DNA of 64,000 nucleotides, from positions 1,426,001-1,490,000 of the forward strand of contig NEEC01000014.1 of assembly GCA_002189035.1 (NCBI GenBank), in the 5' to 3' direction. Each line of letters starts with the position of its first letter. Position 1 is the stretch's first letter. The notes under the pieces are model-generated. The model made no database searches. It had not been told where the DNA came from and was given only the letters and a program-made list of their open reading frames with translations. Positions 51,447 to 63,732 of the stretch are shown here, one piece after another. The position numbers and the translations under genes were made by a program. The stretch comes from Utricularia gibba. Taxonomy: Eukaryota > Plantae > Magnoliophyta.

Positions 51447-52843
51447 GTGGGATTAGGAAAACCGGTGTTTTGTTTTATTAATTTCTTGAAATAATTTAGA
51501 TTAAAATTTTAAATATATCAATATTTAATCATTATATAATAAAATTAGAAATCAGATTTTATTATTAATTTTAGAAATTATTGAATTTAAAGATTAAATA
51601 AAAGATTAATAAAAAAATCATATTATTTATTTTTTTACTTATTCTAAAAATACATTTATATTAACATTAAATTATACAATATTTTAATATATTAAAATTT
51701 ATAAAATATATTTTATTTTATTAAATGTTATATATTATAATTTTATATTATTTTATAAAACAATTTTATAATTTCTAATTGATTACATTTACATAATTTA
51801 AAAATTGACTATATTCTACATAATCTAAAACACAACTTTAAATTCAAGAAAAAATCCCATGTGTGTTTTTTGAAGCATGTGTAAGGAAGAATGGTGATAA
51901 AACTATGTTTTAAAATCCAACATCAAATATGAAATTAGATTTGGTATAATTTGAATCAATGATTTTTTTTTTTATTTTGATTCTATAATTTTTATAAAAA
52001 GTTATTTTTTTGAAATTTAGAAATTTTTAATTTGAATCATTATTTAGTTTTCATTACAGTATTTTTCATAATGCATTGGAATAGAAGTATGAAAATGGTA
52101 ATTGGGGAAAAGTTGGTGGCGCACAAAGGGATACATGTAGTAGGCCCATGGCATTATAAAACACTGCCTCTTTTCACAAGCTGGTGTGTGTGTACTTTCA
52201 AGCGGGTTGCATACACAAATATTTATAAATAGGGCCCAAAATTATTTGTTTTTTACATTTGGAGCTTAGCGGCAGCCTATTGGGAGGCGACAGGTGGTCA
52301 GTAGTACCACTCCGAGACCAAAAACCCTTCCCTCCTGTCCTGGTACGATCGTCCTACTCTATACAAACACACTATCGCCTCTCGTCCTCTCCGGCGACTT
52401 CGCTCCAAATCGCCGCATCTTTTCCTCCTCCGCGGACTCCAAATCGGAAATGTCTACACTGTAATATCGTGTGTCTGCTGCTGTTACGTTTTCACTGTAG
52501 ATTCCTGCAAACTCGTAGCGATTTTCCGGTGCCGTACTCGTCTCGTCTTATTTCCAGGTATTGACAACGCTGAACTCATACACTTGCTGCGACGCGAAGC
52601 TTTGTTTCTTTATTTGCTTCCTAGGGTTTCTGATTGCATGTTCTTGGGTTTTGACTCCTAGGATAGTTAGATTTCATACGATTACCAAATCCAAACGCTC
52701 CGAATCAGTCGTTATTTTGCTAGGGAGTCATTGGACCAAATTTCGATAACTGTATTTATTTACTCTTCCCTGACGAAGATGATCCCTTGCCTTTTGTTTC
52801 TGCGGCTATAAGATTGTTAAGAGACTTGGAATTATTCCTCAGG

Positions 52844-55155
52844 ATGGGGAGGGAGAAGATCGAGATCAAGAAAATAAGCAATGCAGCCGCAAGGCATGTG
52901 ACATTTTCAAAGAGACGTCAAGGTCTTCTGAAAAAGGCTCGAGAGCTATCGATTCTCTGCGAGGCGGAGGTGGCGGTGATCATCTTCTCGCAGTCCGGGA
53001 ACCTCTACCAGTACTGCTCAAGCTCCAAGTAATGACATTGCCCCGCTCCTTCCTTTCTTTTACTATAATCTATATAATGTGTGCTTTTGGTCTAACCCTG
53101 TGCTTGAGCCAAATGCATCATCTCTCCCCATCAACTTGCTTCACGATATAGAGACTCCTTCATTCATGCTCCACCTTCTTTTCCTTTTTAACGAGAGGTG
53201 TGTGTCTGCATGGCCTACGTGAATGTGTGTATCAAAAAGAGGCATTTCGACACAATAGTGTAGTTTGATGGGCTGAGGCGGCGCACCACCTTGGGCCTGG
53301 TTTGTGACTTGCGGTAGGAGGGAAACCGTACATGTTTTACCAGAATCCCCACTTGGAGTAGATCAGCTAGTGGATAAAGAGTAAATGTACATGGTTGGGG
53401 CTCCTAGATGGCTACAAGTGTTGATCTGACACGGAAACTGTAAAAAAAATGCCTGGTTTATATTATCATCACGCTTAATTGTAGAACTGAAAAAGCGAAT
53501 TACTGTTGGAAATGACAACTAGCATGATGTTGATATGGGGTGTAGTGCATTTGGCAATCCATGTAGATATAGGAACTCTTTAGGGGCTTTAAATGATCTC
53601 GCTAATAAACATACGAGTTATCTGGAGAAATTGCCACGCGGTGGTCAGCGGATAGATGAGCAGTAGTATTAAGAAGGATTTGATTTTGGGTGTATAGCGA
53701 CATTTTCATCCCACATCATAGGATGCAGGCACTTGTAGATGTTAAACATGGCCACCAGCTGGGCGGGGTTCTTTTTTAATTGGTTAGGAGAAATCTTTAG
53801 GGAGATTGTTTTCGCCGAGTTTCTCTTTAGTTACTAAGAGCTCCGTGGTTGTCTGAAGCATGGAGGATACACTCAATAAGTTCTCAATGCACATGGACTC
53901 GGAGCAGCAGCCGGTAAGTTCACTGGTACCTGTCCCATGTGCTCATTTTTTTTTTCTTCTTTGTAGAAAATCCAAAGCATATCTCTCTACCTGCCTTCTT
54001 TTTTCTTGTTTCAGGAAGGGAGCACAAGGCAGAATCAAATGAACAGGGGCGTTGAAGATGTGATGGATTACCTCAGGTTTGAATCACAGATACACCGCCC
54101 CACAACTTTTACATGCTAAAAAGGTTGCTTCAACTCAACTCCTGCAATGTTTAATTGTCATCGGAGCAGGCAAATCAATACTGAAAATTTTCTGAAGTTG
54201 AGCGAGGAAGAACTTACAAAGCTTGAGGTGAAGCTTGAAGGAATACTTGCATTAGTGAAGAATAGAAAGGTTCTGATCATCTGCACTTTAAAATTCCCAG
54301 TGATCTTGATATCAATCTTTACATGGTCAGCAGGTTTAACTTCTCATAGCATGTACTCACCGACAAGCAAAATGCAATTAAGTAGATAGTTTACCATAAA
54401 GGACCTTTTTCTTTAGGAATATCTACGCATTAGTATCTTTGCATCTGAAAGCTTTCAATGATCCTGCCAAATAATTTCAGGATTCTCACACCAACAATGC
54501 AGTCAGATGCCAATCAAGCGAGCTAAGTCACATACCTCATGAAGGTTCTGATGCAATGTCAGGAATCAGTACCAGAGGACTGTATTTCAAATACCAGCAA
54601 TTACAAAATGGTGGCCACTCAGAAGTAACTACTTATCCTGAAAGATGGACACCACCACCAACCGGTGTTTACAAAGTGAATTTTGCTGGAGTCACTATTA
54701 GTGATATGAATGTTTCTGGAGTGGGTGTGGGGATAGTGGTAAGGAACTGGAGAGGAGAATTCATGGCTGCTCAAGCAAAGTTCTGGCCTGAGTTGATGGA
54801 CGGCAGCACTACTTGTCTGTTTGCTGCTAAATGTGCTCTGGAATTTGCAGTATGCTATTCCTTCGTCCATATTTTGGTGGAAGGAGATGACCCAAGCACC
54901 ATCTACACTCTACAGAATATGCTGCAAGATCACTCTGTAGAATCTAATAATATAATCCAGGAAGCCAGAGGCTGCATGAGGCAACTTAGCAGTTGCGTCT
55001 TTTCACATCTACAAACATCAGGCAACACTGCTGCACATATGGTGGCACTATATGCAAAAAACGTTGCTGATGAAGATGTCTGGCTCATGGAAGAACCTGA
55101 TTTCCTTGTTGACATCCTTCTGACTGATAGCTCGGTTGAACCAATGATTCGCTGA
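52844..55155 (+). CDS. Divergent MIKC-type MADS-box protein (AGL15/18- or SVP-related) predicted to be fused to an RNase H-like domain; exons 52844-53028, 53859-53913, 54015-54076, 54170-54269, 54481-55155; 358 aa
   Basis: [11 protein letters not shown]...[33 protein letters not shown]; I- and K-region exons of 55, 62 and 100 nt; the acceptor ataatttcag at 54480 opens a stop-free 675-nt frame. The MADS part is high confidence; the fusion is inferred. Confidence 0.8.
54646..55155 (+). mobile_element. Non-LTR retroelement-type RNase H-like domain (RVT_3/RNase H type), no RT or other TE parts nearby
   Basis: [58 protein letters not shown] and W.EE.PDF follow the plant RNase H-like consensus WxPP..KxNxDG..GxGxVxR..G..VExD..HxxRxxNxxAHxLA. 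Confidence 0.85.
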
Positions 55156-55892
55156 AAGAAGTCTGCGGGCTCCTTTGTTCAAGGAAATGTAGTTTCCAAA
55201 ATTTATGTTTTCATACTTGCAGCATTCCTGCCAAATGTTTGTAGACGCGAAAAGACTCTCAAATGCATACTCTGGTCCCTAGTTTCAGAACTATTATTGA
55301 CAAGCCCACTACCACATTTTCAGTACTCTTAAAACAATATGCCAATCCAGCTGCACATTGCATGTCATCAAGGTCATGCGGTATCCAAATCCATAGTAGA
55401 GTATTGCTATCGAAAAACATCAACTCCATGCAAAACCCAGAGTGATCCTCCGTTCCTTAATTCAAACTATGATAAAGTAAAGTAATCATCCTCCTCACCA
55501 CTGAGTGCTCATTCTTGCAGGTCCCTCTATATGTTAAAGTTCTATTTTCTAGGAACGAGTCGATACCATTGGCTCTTGGGAATGGGAGAAACTAATACTG
55601 GGGATTAAATGTTTCCCCTAAACAGAATTCCACAGCCCCTATTGGCGGGTGAGAGAGAATAATAGGATGTAAAACACCAATAAAATGGATCATTTTGTCA
55701 GTGTAAGCAATCCTCTCCTAATGTGGTGCATATAGAGAACTCAGGAAAGCGCAGTTCATTATAAATGCTAAAAGCCATAATACTGCTCTATCTAACAAGA
55801 TCATGTTCCTTAGGAAGACAACCAAGTCTAACTAAGAACTGAAAATAAATTTTCAAAGCATGGAAGATTAATTTCAAAAGAAAGAAACTTAC

Positions 55893-56650
55893 CTCCACAC
55901 GGTCTTCAGCAATATGCTCATGATCATCACCTTGTCATCAGCGATTTGTTCGTGATATCCTCTCATAGGCTGAAAGCGAGGCAGTCAGGTTACTCCTTTG
56001 GGAGGAAGATGCCGACTTGAAGAAAGTGACGGTTAAAATCTGAAGTAGTTAAGGAAAAAAGAGATTAATGAGTAAACAAAAGCATTGACAGAATCTACCA
56101 TAGCATGCCCGTATTCATATGCAATACAACATGCGACTGGTAGTGGTGGCTTCGTAGGCTGCAGCTAACAAACTAATTCCATTTTTGTTCTGGATGGAAA
56201 GCAGTCCCATTTCAATAAATATCTCTACTTTCCTTCCCACGACAACGCCTCCGCCTCGACAACCCTATTGTGAACTTCTTTGAGTATTCTAAGTCAGCAG
56301 CACTCACCAGCTACTACTCATCGGTAGCATGAAACCGCAGTAATACACGAGGTAGTGGAAAAAAGTAGAAAGAAACTAGACATCGTCGACCTTCCGTCAA
56401 TCCTATTAGCAGCAAACAAGGAGACCAAATCTAGTCTTCAACTCGTGTTTGTGAGCAAATCTAAAATAAACCAACGTACCTCGCCCGCGAATCCCCTCAC
56501 CATCCTTTTTCCAAGCAGCGCTTTCAGCCGGCCACAAAACCTTCCTGAAATACATGTTCAGGAACTCCGACTCAGATGCTGAATCCGATCGCCATTGCTG
56601 CATCCGCTCTCATTCGAAGGTTTCGCTCGTTCGCCGCACAGAAAACGCTC
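55893..56650 (-). other. Unidentified spliced transcription unit (lncRNA or small-protein gene)
   Basis: Telo-box-like AACCCTAG near 56657; donors GAG|GTACGT (56478), CTG|GTGAGT (56308) and GAG|GTAAGT (55892); acceptors with pyrimidine tracts at about 56404 and 56040. No long ORF. Confidence 0.4.
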
Positions 56651-57144
56651 GCCGTCTAGGGTTACGCGAAGGAATCTTGCTTCCCTACGAGAGTAAAGGG
56701 GGGTTTTTTTTTCTTCTTTTCGTGATCCCGTCTCAGAGCATGGGGTTAAACTTTCCCTTTACAGGTACATTATTATTATAATCATATGGTACGGGTCAAA
56801 ATGTTGGTATGTTTAGGTATCCAAGTTAAAAATCGTACTTCTTTTGAAGCCACATAAACAGTAACCGTACACTCGTCCCTTTTTGACAATAATTAATAAT
56901 ATTGGGAAATATCAAAATTCGGTACTTTTATTTCATTAAAAATTATTCATTTATAATATTTTTATTATTTTATATGATATATAAAAATATAATAATTTAT
57001 ATTAATATTATTCTATATTAAGTAAGATGAAAAAAATTTTCTCCATATAAAATATTTTTCTATTTCATCCATAATTGATATATGATTAGTTTAATATCTT
57101 TACATTTAAGAAAATAATCTATTTAACATCCAAAAAAAACAAGT

Positions 57145-59814
57145 TCATGAAGGCAAGAAGGTGCACCCTTTGGCCTTGAGTTTTTTCTCTAAACCGAAGA
57201 ACTTGATTCCAGACAACACCGCCTCTGCAGCAGACTTCTTCATCTGCTCGCCGAGCATCTCCTCAAGAACAATCACATCAGCTTCGCGAAGCAATCCCGA
57301 CTCTTGCATCATGGAAAACACCCTCCTCGCCTCTTCTGTGGTTCCATGCTTGCACATGCCGTATATGATGGCAGAGTGAGTGATGCTGGTGCGCGAGCAT
57401 TCTTGTTCCGCCATTTCCTTCACAACCTCAACGACCCTCGCCGCGTCGTTCGACTTGCAGACATGGATGATCTTGATGGCATACTTGAACTCCATGGGGC
57501 TATCATCCACGTTAGCGAGACAGTCGTGAATCAGTGTGATTGCAGCATCTACCTCACCTTTCTCAGATGTGGCCTTGGCGAGGGAATGGTAGGCAGTAAC
57601 TGAAGGGAGTAAACACCTTTCCTTCATCAGGTTGTAGCAGTTGCAGGCTCCTTGTACATCTCCAGCTTTAGCAAAACACAAGATTGCAGTGCTGTAGGTC
57701 GTGGAGTCGAGCATCAGATTGGAGGTTTTGAGTTCATGGAAGAGACTGAGTGCGCTGGTGACTCCCCCTTTTCTAAGACAGCCATCCATAAGAGTGTTGT
57801 ATATTGGAATGCTTACATACTTTTCCATCTTCAAGTGCTGGAAGATCTCCAGAGCCACAGCTACTCCATTGTTCTTCTCCATGAGGCAAGAAAGGAATTT
57901 CGGTAGACCATCAACAACAGAGACTTTCATCCGTTGCATCTGTTCTATAACTCCATCAAACTCCTTGATCTTTTTTGATTCAACATAAGCAACTAGTATC
58001 GGATTAACCGTATTGAAATCTGGGAGGAGGTCTTGTCTAACAATCTCAAGGAAAAGTTTGGAGGCTTTTCCAACAAGCCCTGCATTGCACAACCCAGAAA
58101 TAAGGGAGCTGTATATTGTCAAATCGGCCCTATACCCAGAGTCCATCAAATCCTTGAGCATACCACAAGCCAAACCAATTCTCCCATCAGCTACATAGGC
58201 ATCAATCAATGATCCGTAAATCGCCCTACCAATCAAATATTTCCTTGCTTTCATCTCAGTAAACAGTTCATAAGCCTTATCTGCAAGATTTCTCTTGCAA
58301 AGAGCCATGATCAATGTTGAGTAAGCCATGACATCTGGTTCAATACCATCCTTTCGCATCTCCTCCCACACCTTGAAACAATCATCCAGGTTACCCTGTG
58401 AAACCAACACCTTTATCATTGCTGTGTAGGCAAAGACATCGGGTTTGCACCTGTTTCTTCTCATCTGATCCATAAGTTCCAAAACATCTTGGATTCGCCC
58501 CTCTTTGCACAAACCTTTAATCAGAATCATAAAGGTGATATTTTCCTCAAGTAAACCTTCATTCTTGAAGTCACTGTAAACAGACAAGGCCAAATTCATA
58601 TGATCTGTCTTAACTAATGCATCTAATATTCGATTGTACAGGAAGACCCTTGGTTTCACTCCATATTTCTTCATCTTTTGATACACATGGTATACCCTCA
58701 GACCCCTGCCTGCATCAGCATGCATTCTAATCAATATCTCAAACTGTTTCTCGCTGGGTGACTTCCCTTGCATATGCATCAGCTCAGGCACCTGGTCAGC
58801 ATCACGAAAGTGATTTGCACGGTTCAAAAAATATGCGAAGGCATTATAGCATGCAAAATCATGCCTATACCCTTTCTGTTTTCCTATAAAAAAGACGAAC
58901 CAAATCGTAAGCTCAAATAACAAATGATGAACATGCATGCTAAATAGAACATGTTGGATCTTCCCTAATTCTTATATCCTTAGAAGGGAGGTTAGGGAAG
59001 AGTGTACTAAAACGAAATGCAAACCTATTCATTCACATGTTGCTCTGATGTACACAATGAAATCAACCTCATTCCTGTATCCTCTATGACTAAACTTCAG
59101 CAAGAAATCTCATTCACAAATTCAGTAAGCATCATGGAATCGTGAATTCAATGTCACAACCTGGACACATTAGTTCCACCTGACTCCCATATTCTCTATC
59201 TTAGAGAACATAATTAGACACCTGCAAATCTACTCACTCCACAAGCAAAACACCTTGCCAAATTCATTTGATTTGAGGTGGCAGTGTTAAGCTAACTTCT
59301 AAAAGAATACTCAGTTCAAGCACATGAGATCAGATGCAGAGAGAAGGGAATCTGATTATAAGCAATGTAAGTTCTCATTTACCAGCCCAATGGAAAAGCT
59401 TGGAGGACAGCTTAGGATCAACGAGCGGAAACTGAAGAACCTCTGCCACCAGTTTCGGTGTCACCCGGCGGAGCCGATTAAGGTCCGTTACCAATTCGAG
59501 GTTCCAATGCTTGTGTTTTCTAAAAGCATCAACTATGTATCTGGCTATAGGAGACAGCTTCTTCGCCAACAAGAAAAATTTCTCAGATGGGTCTGTTCCA
59601 AGAGGTGGTCTTTGGTTAAGTTTTTCATCCGGGTCCCATTTCTCAAGGTCGAAAAATGGCTGCGAAACAGCAGTTGGTTGACTAGAGTTCCTGGGACTTT
59701 GACGGTTGGAGAAAAATCCGCCTCTGACGGTGGGCGATTCTGGGTTGGTTTACGGTGGCCGTAGAAGAAGTACGGCTTCTGAGGCCTGTTGAGCACCGCC
59801 TTGGCTGGTGGCAT
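57145..59814 (-). CDS. P-class pentatricopeptide repeat protein (At4g20740-like); exons 59814-59383 and 58883-57145; 1-nt frameshift at 59732-59734
   Basis: FFYGHRKPTQNRP(TVRGGFFSNRQ), LSPIARYIVDAFRK, FHWAGKQKGYRHDFACYNA, tandem 35-aa repeats, and the C-terminus VLSGIKFFGLEKKLKAKGC. Confidence 0.92.
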
Positions 59815-61362
59815 TTGAATTTAATCTACGCTGCAGCGGCGGTTTTGCCAGGAAAAAGGAGCCCAACTCTCATATTCTGCAGTATGGAGATGTGGGAGTC
59901 CGGCGGTGTCTGTATATTGTCAACAGAAGGTCAGATTTTCCAACGAACACGACATGTATGTAGAAATGCCTCAAAGATTCAAACAATGCTTTCAGAAGAA
60001 ATACACCAATAAGGACGAACACCAGTTGAAGCAACCAACCCTAATTAAAGCCGAAGAGCAATCATGAATTTTTCCTCGATCGAAATTGCCACAAAAATCA
60101 ATTCCCAAAACCGAATGACCAATCATCGACAATTTTAGATGCAACTAGAGCATATAACCCTCCATGATGGAGATTCTGTGCAACGCCCTGCGGCCGGGAC
60201 GGCTTCTCGCGATCGGGTTGCGCTGACGGCGAGATGATTCATAAACTGACCCCTGTCGACTAAAGCCACGGAGAACCTGGCTAAATTGTGTGTTCGATCT
60301 GGAGAGCCTAAGAAAGCAGCTGTACAGAGTAAAGTTAGAGAAGTTGAAGACCAACTGCCTTCGAAAAAGAAAACTGCCAGGCAAGTAAACAAGACGGAAA
60401 ACACAGTCAACCGCCGACTTCACAACACCAAGAGTAACTAAACTGCTAAACCGGGGTAAAGAGGTCGGCATATCGGTGTTCTTGATGATGCATAGTCTTC
60501 TTGTCCCTCCCATCCACGTAGGAGACCACCGTGAATCCGAAATATACCAAATATTGTGCAGTTGAAGGGAGGCGGTTGAAGCAAACCAAGAGGAAAACAA
60601 CAGTTGAAGGGAATGGTTGATTTTAGTATGATTTTTTTAGGCACCTGAGTCAGGGGAGTCGGGTAGCTGCGGATCATCCATGGCCATTGACTCAGCAGCG
60701 TTGTTCTTTGGAGCCAGTTTTGGTTTCAACCTCTGTGGCAAGCCGTTCTTAGAAGATGCCTCCGATCAATGTCTTACTTCCCGCATAATGGTTTTGCACC
60801 GGAGCCGAAGAAAACACATCTCAAACAGCATCAGGCTCAAGGGAATTATGGGACATAAATAACCGGATAACCACGAGGGCACTTCCATTCTCTTACCTGC
60901 ATGACCATGATCAACATCCCCAGGCATGACAATGCCGGCAGATCAACAATGAAATGAAAGCGCAGAATCCCCCATTCTTGTCAAGATCTCATTTTTCCCC
61001 TTATGATGCACCACTGACAGTGTACAGTGGGCGCTAACACTGATCTGCAGAAGGTGACGCACGTCGGAACTAACTGAAACTGTATAAATCCGAATCCACT
61101 TAAAAAATTAATGATCTTTTATTTTGGATTTGACTCGAGCTGCCCAAAATTTGTGTTTGCAAACAAAGGGAAGTATGAAGGGTCCGTGGGTCGCGGTGGG
61201 GGTAGGTCGGGTTTTGTTTGCTCTTCAGCAAGTGCTCGTGGAGCATGCGCCTAGCATTTAGTAGTCATAATCTTTTTGTCGGCTCTCGGGTGGCGGTGTG
61301 CTACAATTCGGTTTTATAGGGAACCAGAATCACTGTATTCAGGGCTGAGAGAGGAATTAACG

Positions 61363-63615
61363 ATGGTTTCGACGCTTAGCACTGCTTCTTTGGTCTCTGC
61401 TTGCTCCAATTCCGTTTGGCCTTCGTCTATCCCAGCCTTTCCAGGGAATAGTGTCTGGGTGCCCATTAAATTCTGGCACCCGTTTTCGTGCAATGAGAAT
61501 TTCTGTTTAACGAGAAATTCTCGTTCGGCTGGTGCTGATAAGAAGGTTAAAGCACTGGGGAATCGAGGATTTTCTGCTGCATTTACTTGTTCTGCGGATG
61601 CAGCTTCGGTATGTATATGTCAATGTTTGCATGTATATTGCGCATTTTGATGAGATGGGTTCCTCGGAATCTTACATTTTAGCTGTTTTATGGCCGCGGG
61701 CAGGGTTCCAGGGAAGTGCTGAAGGCTAGAAGTGTTTCTGTTATACTGCTTGCTGGAGGCAAGGGAAAACGAATGGGTGTAAGTTTCAATGGTTTTAGTT
61801 GCTTCAAATTAGACTAAATAATCTGCTAATCGAATTCTTGTGACTGGTTAAATCAGTTTTTTGTGAATATGGTATATTTTATCATGCTAGCTAACCTCCA
61901 GTTTTCCTAATAGTAGCTTATTTGTTTCACTTACTTTTGTTAGCCTGATGATTACCCTATTTATTTCCATAGGCAAGTATGCCAAAGCAGTATCTTCCTC
62001 TTCTCGGGCAACCAATAGCGTTATATAGGTGGGTGCCAAAGAAACTAACACAGTCAATTTCTTTGAGATACGAAATTCAATACATTACAACTGACATATC
62101 TTTGTATGGCTTATCATGTGTAGTATTTTATTCCTTTTTGTAGCTTAAATTTTAGAATGAAACATCTTGCAGTTTTTACACTTTTGCTGAGATGTCTGAA
62201 GTGAAGGAAATTGTTGTAGTGTGTGACCCTTCTTATCAAGATATATTTGAAGGTCTGGAAATTCCATAATGGTGTGTATATACATAATGCTTTCCGAGCT
62301 TGCTTTTCTTCTAGATGAAGTGGAATCATTATCCTTGTGTTATTTCAAGGCGCCAAGGAGAATATCCATGTGGATGTGAAATTCGCATTACCTGGAAAGG
62401 AGAGGCAGGACTCGGTTTACAGTGGTTTACAGGTGCATAGCTTTCTCTACTAACTGAAAGTTTTGATTTTTTTTTCCCTGATGGTGCAGATCGGCTATAT
62501 TCTTTAAAATCAAGCCTTAAAGGTTGCAAATAGTTCCCTTGTAGATTTTCCTCCTCACTTCACATGAGATTATTGCATAAAGCTCAATGATTTCACAACA
62601 TATTCTTCTAACATGATGACAGGCAAAATTTTGTGGTTGTTTATTGGAGTCAACCTCTGAATTAGCGTTTAATTTATGATGAACTTTGTGTTTCATAATA
62701 TTTCCAACATGTGTGGAAGGCTGTTCTCAGGAAATTGATTCAAATGCTGAGCTAGTTTGTATACATGATTCAGCTAGACCTTTGGTTTCAGCTGGCGATG
62801 TCATAAAGGTGTTAGTATCCGACTCTGTAATTTGTAATGATCAACAATTGATTCCACAACCCAAAAACAAAAAAAAAACAAAATAATTGATGTTTTATCA
62901 TTTGGACTTTGAACTTGTCCAGGTTCTTCATGATGCTTTGCACATCGGTGCAGCTGTACTCGGAGTTCCTGCCAAGGCTACCATCAAGGAGGTGGAAATG
63001 AAACATAATAAAATCATAGAAAATACTTTTGTGTGATGAAACATAGCAATTCTGAAATGTTTGTGCTTCAGGCAAATAGCGATTCTTTTGTGGTGAAGAC
63101 ACTGGACAGGAAAACACTGTGGGAAATGCAGACTCCACAGGTTCTTTTACATGCACAGCTGTTGAACATGTTGGACCGAGTATACCTTAACTACAATTTA
63201 AACAGGTTATCAAGCCCGGGTTGCTCAAGAAAGGCTTCGAACTTGTAAACAGGTAACTGTATTTGAATACTCCTTTGGCTGTGATGCTTTTCCCAAAAGA
63301 TAATTTCATGCTTCAAAAATCATGCACCAAAAAAATCACATACTTGTCAACTTCGTAGAGAAGGGCTTGAAGTGACTGATGATGTGTCTATAGTGGAGCA
63401 CCTCAAGCATCCTGTCTACATCACTGAAGGATCTTACACTAACATTAAGGTTGTGCGCAGACTTTCTCGCCTGCATCACGTTTGCTGAAACTTCATCGTC
63501 TTCCTGATGTGCTGTAAGGTTTCAATATTGTTTTGTTTTCACACAAATGCAGGTTACAACCCCGGATGATATGTTACTTGCTGAGAGAATACTGAACACA
63601 ACTACTGCTGCATGA
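61363..63615 (+). CDS. ISPD: 2-C-methyl-D-erythritol 4-phosphate cytidylyltransferase (MEP pathway, plastid); 11 exons
   Basis: Transit peptide, [76 protein letters not shown]. Confidence 0.96.
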
Positions 63616-63732
63616 GATTGAAAATGGTGGCTTCTTTTGCTCCTGCCGCGCGTCCCAGGGGAGCTCCTTCCACATTTTTTTTATGTTGCATGGGGCTGCT
63701 GTATCCATGTTGTGTCCATTTACAAGAATCTA

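Noticed and set aside
54556-55155. The 199-aa RNase H ORF as part of an autonomous LINE or a standalone gene
   Set aside because: No RT, endonuclease, zinc finger, poly-A tail or TSD nearby, and no separate promoter-like region. A good acceptor 75 nt upstream links it in frame to the MADS exons. A standalone transcript is not fully excluded.
55893-55960. TGATGA...CTGA motifs suggesting a C/D-box snoRNA
   Set aside because: Spacing is too short, and there is no terminal stem or clear rRNA-complementary guide; a codon-structured repeat explains the sequence better.
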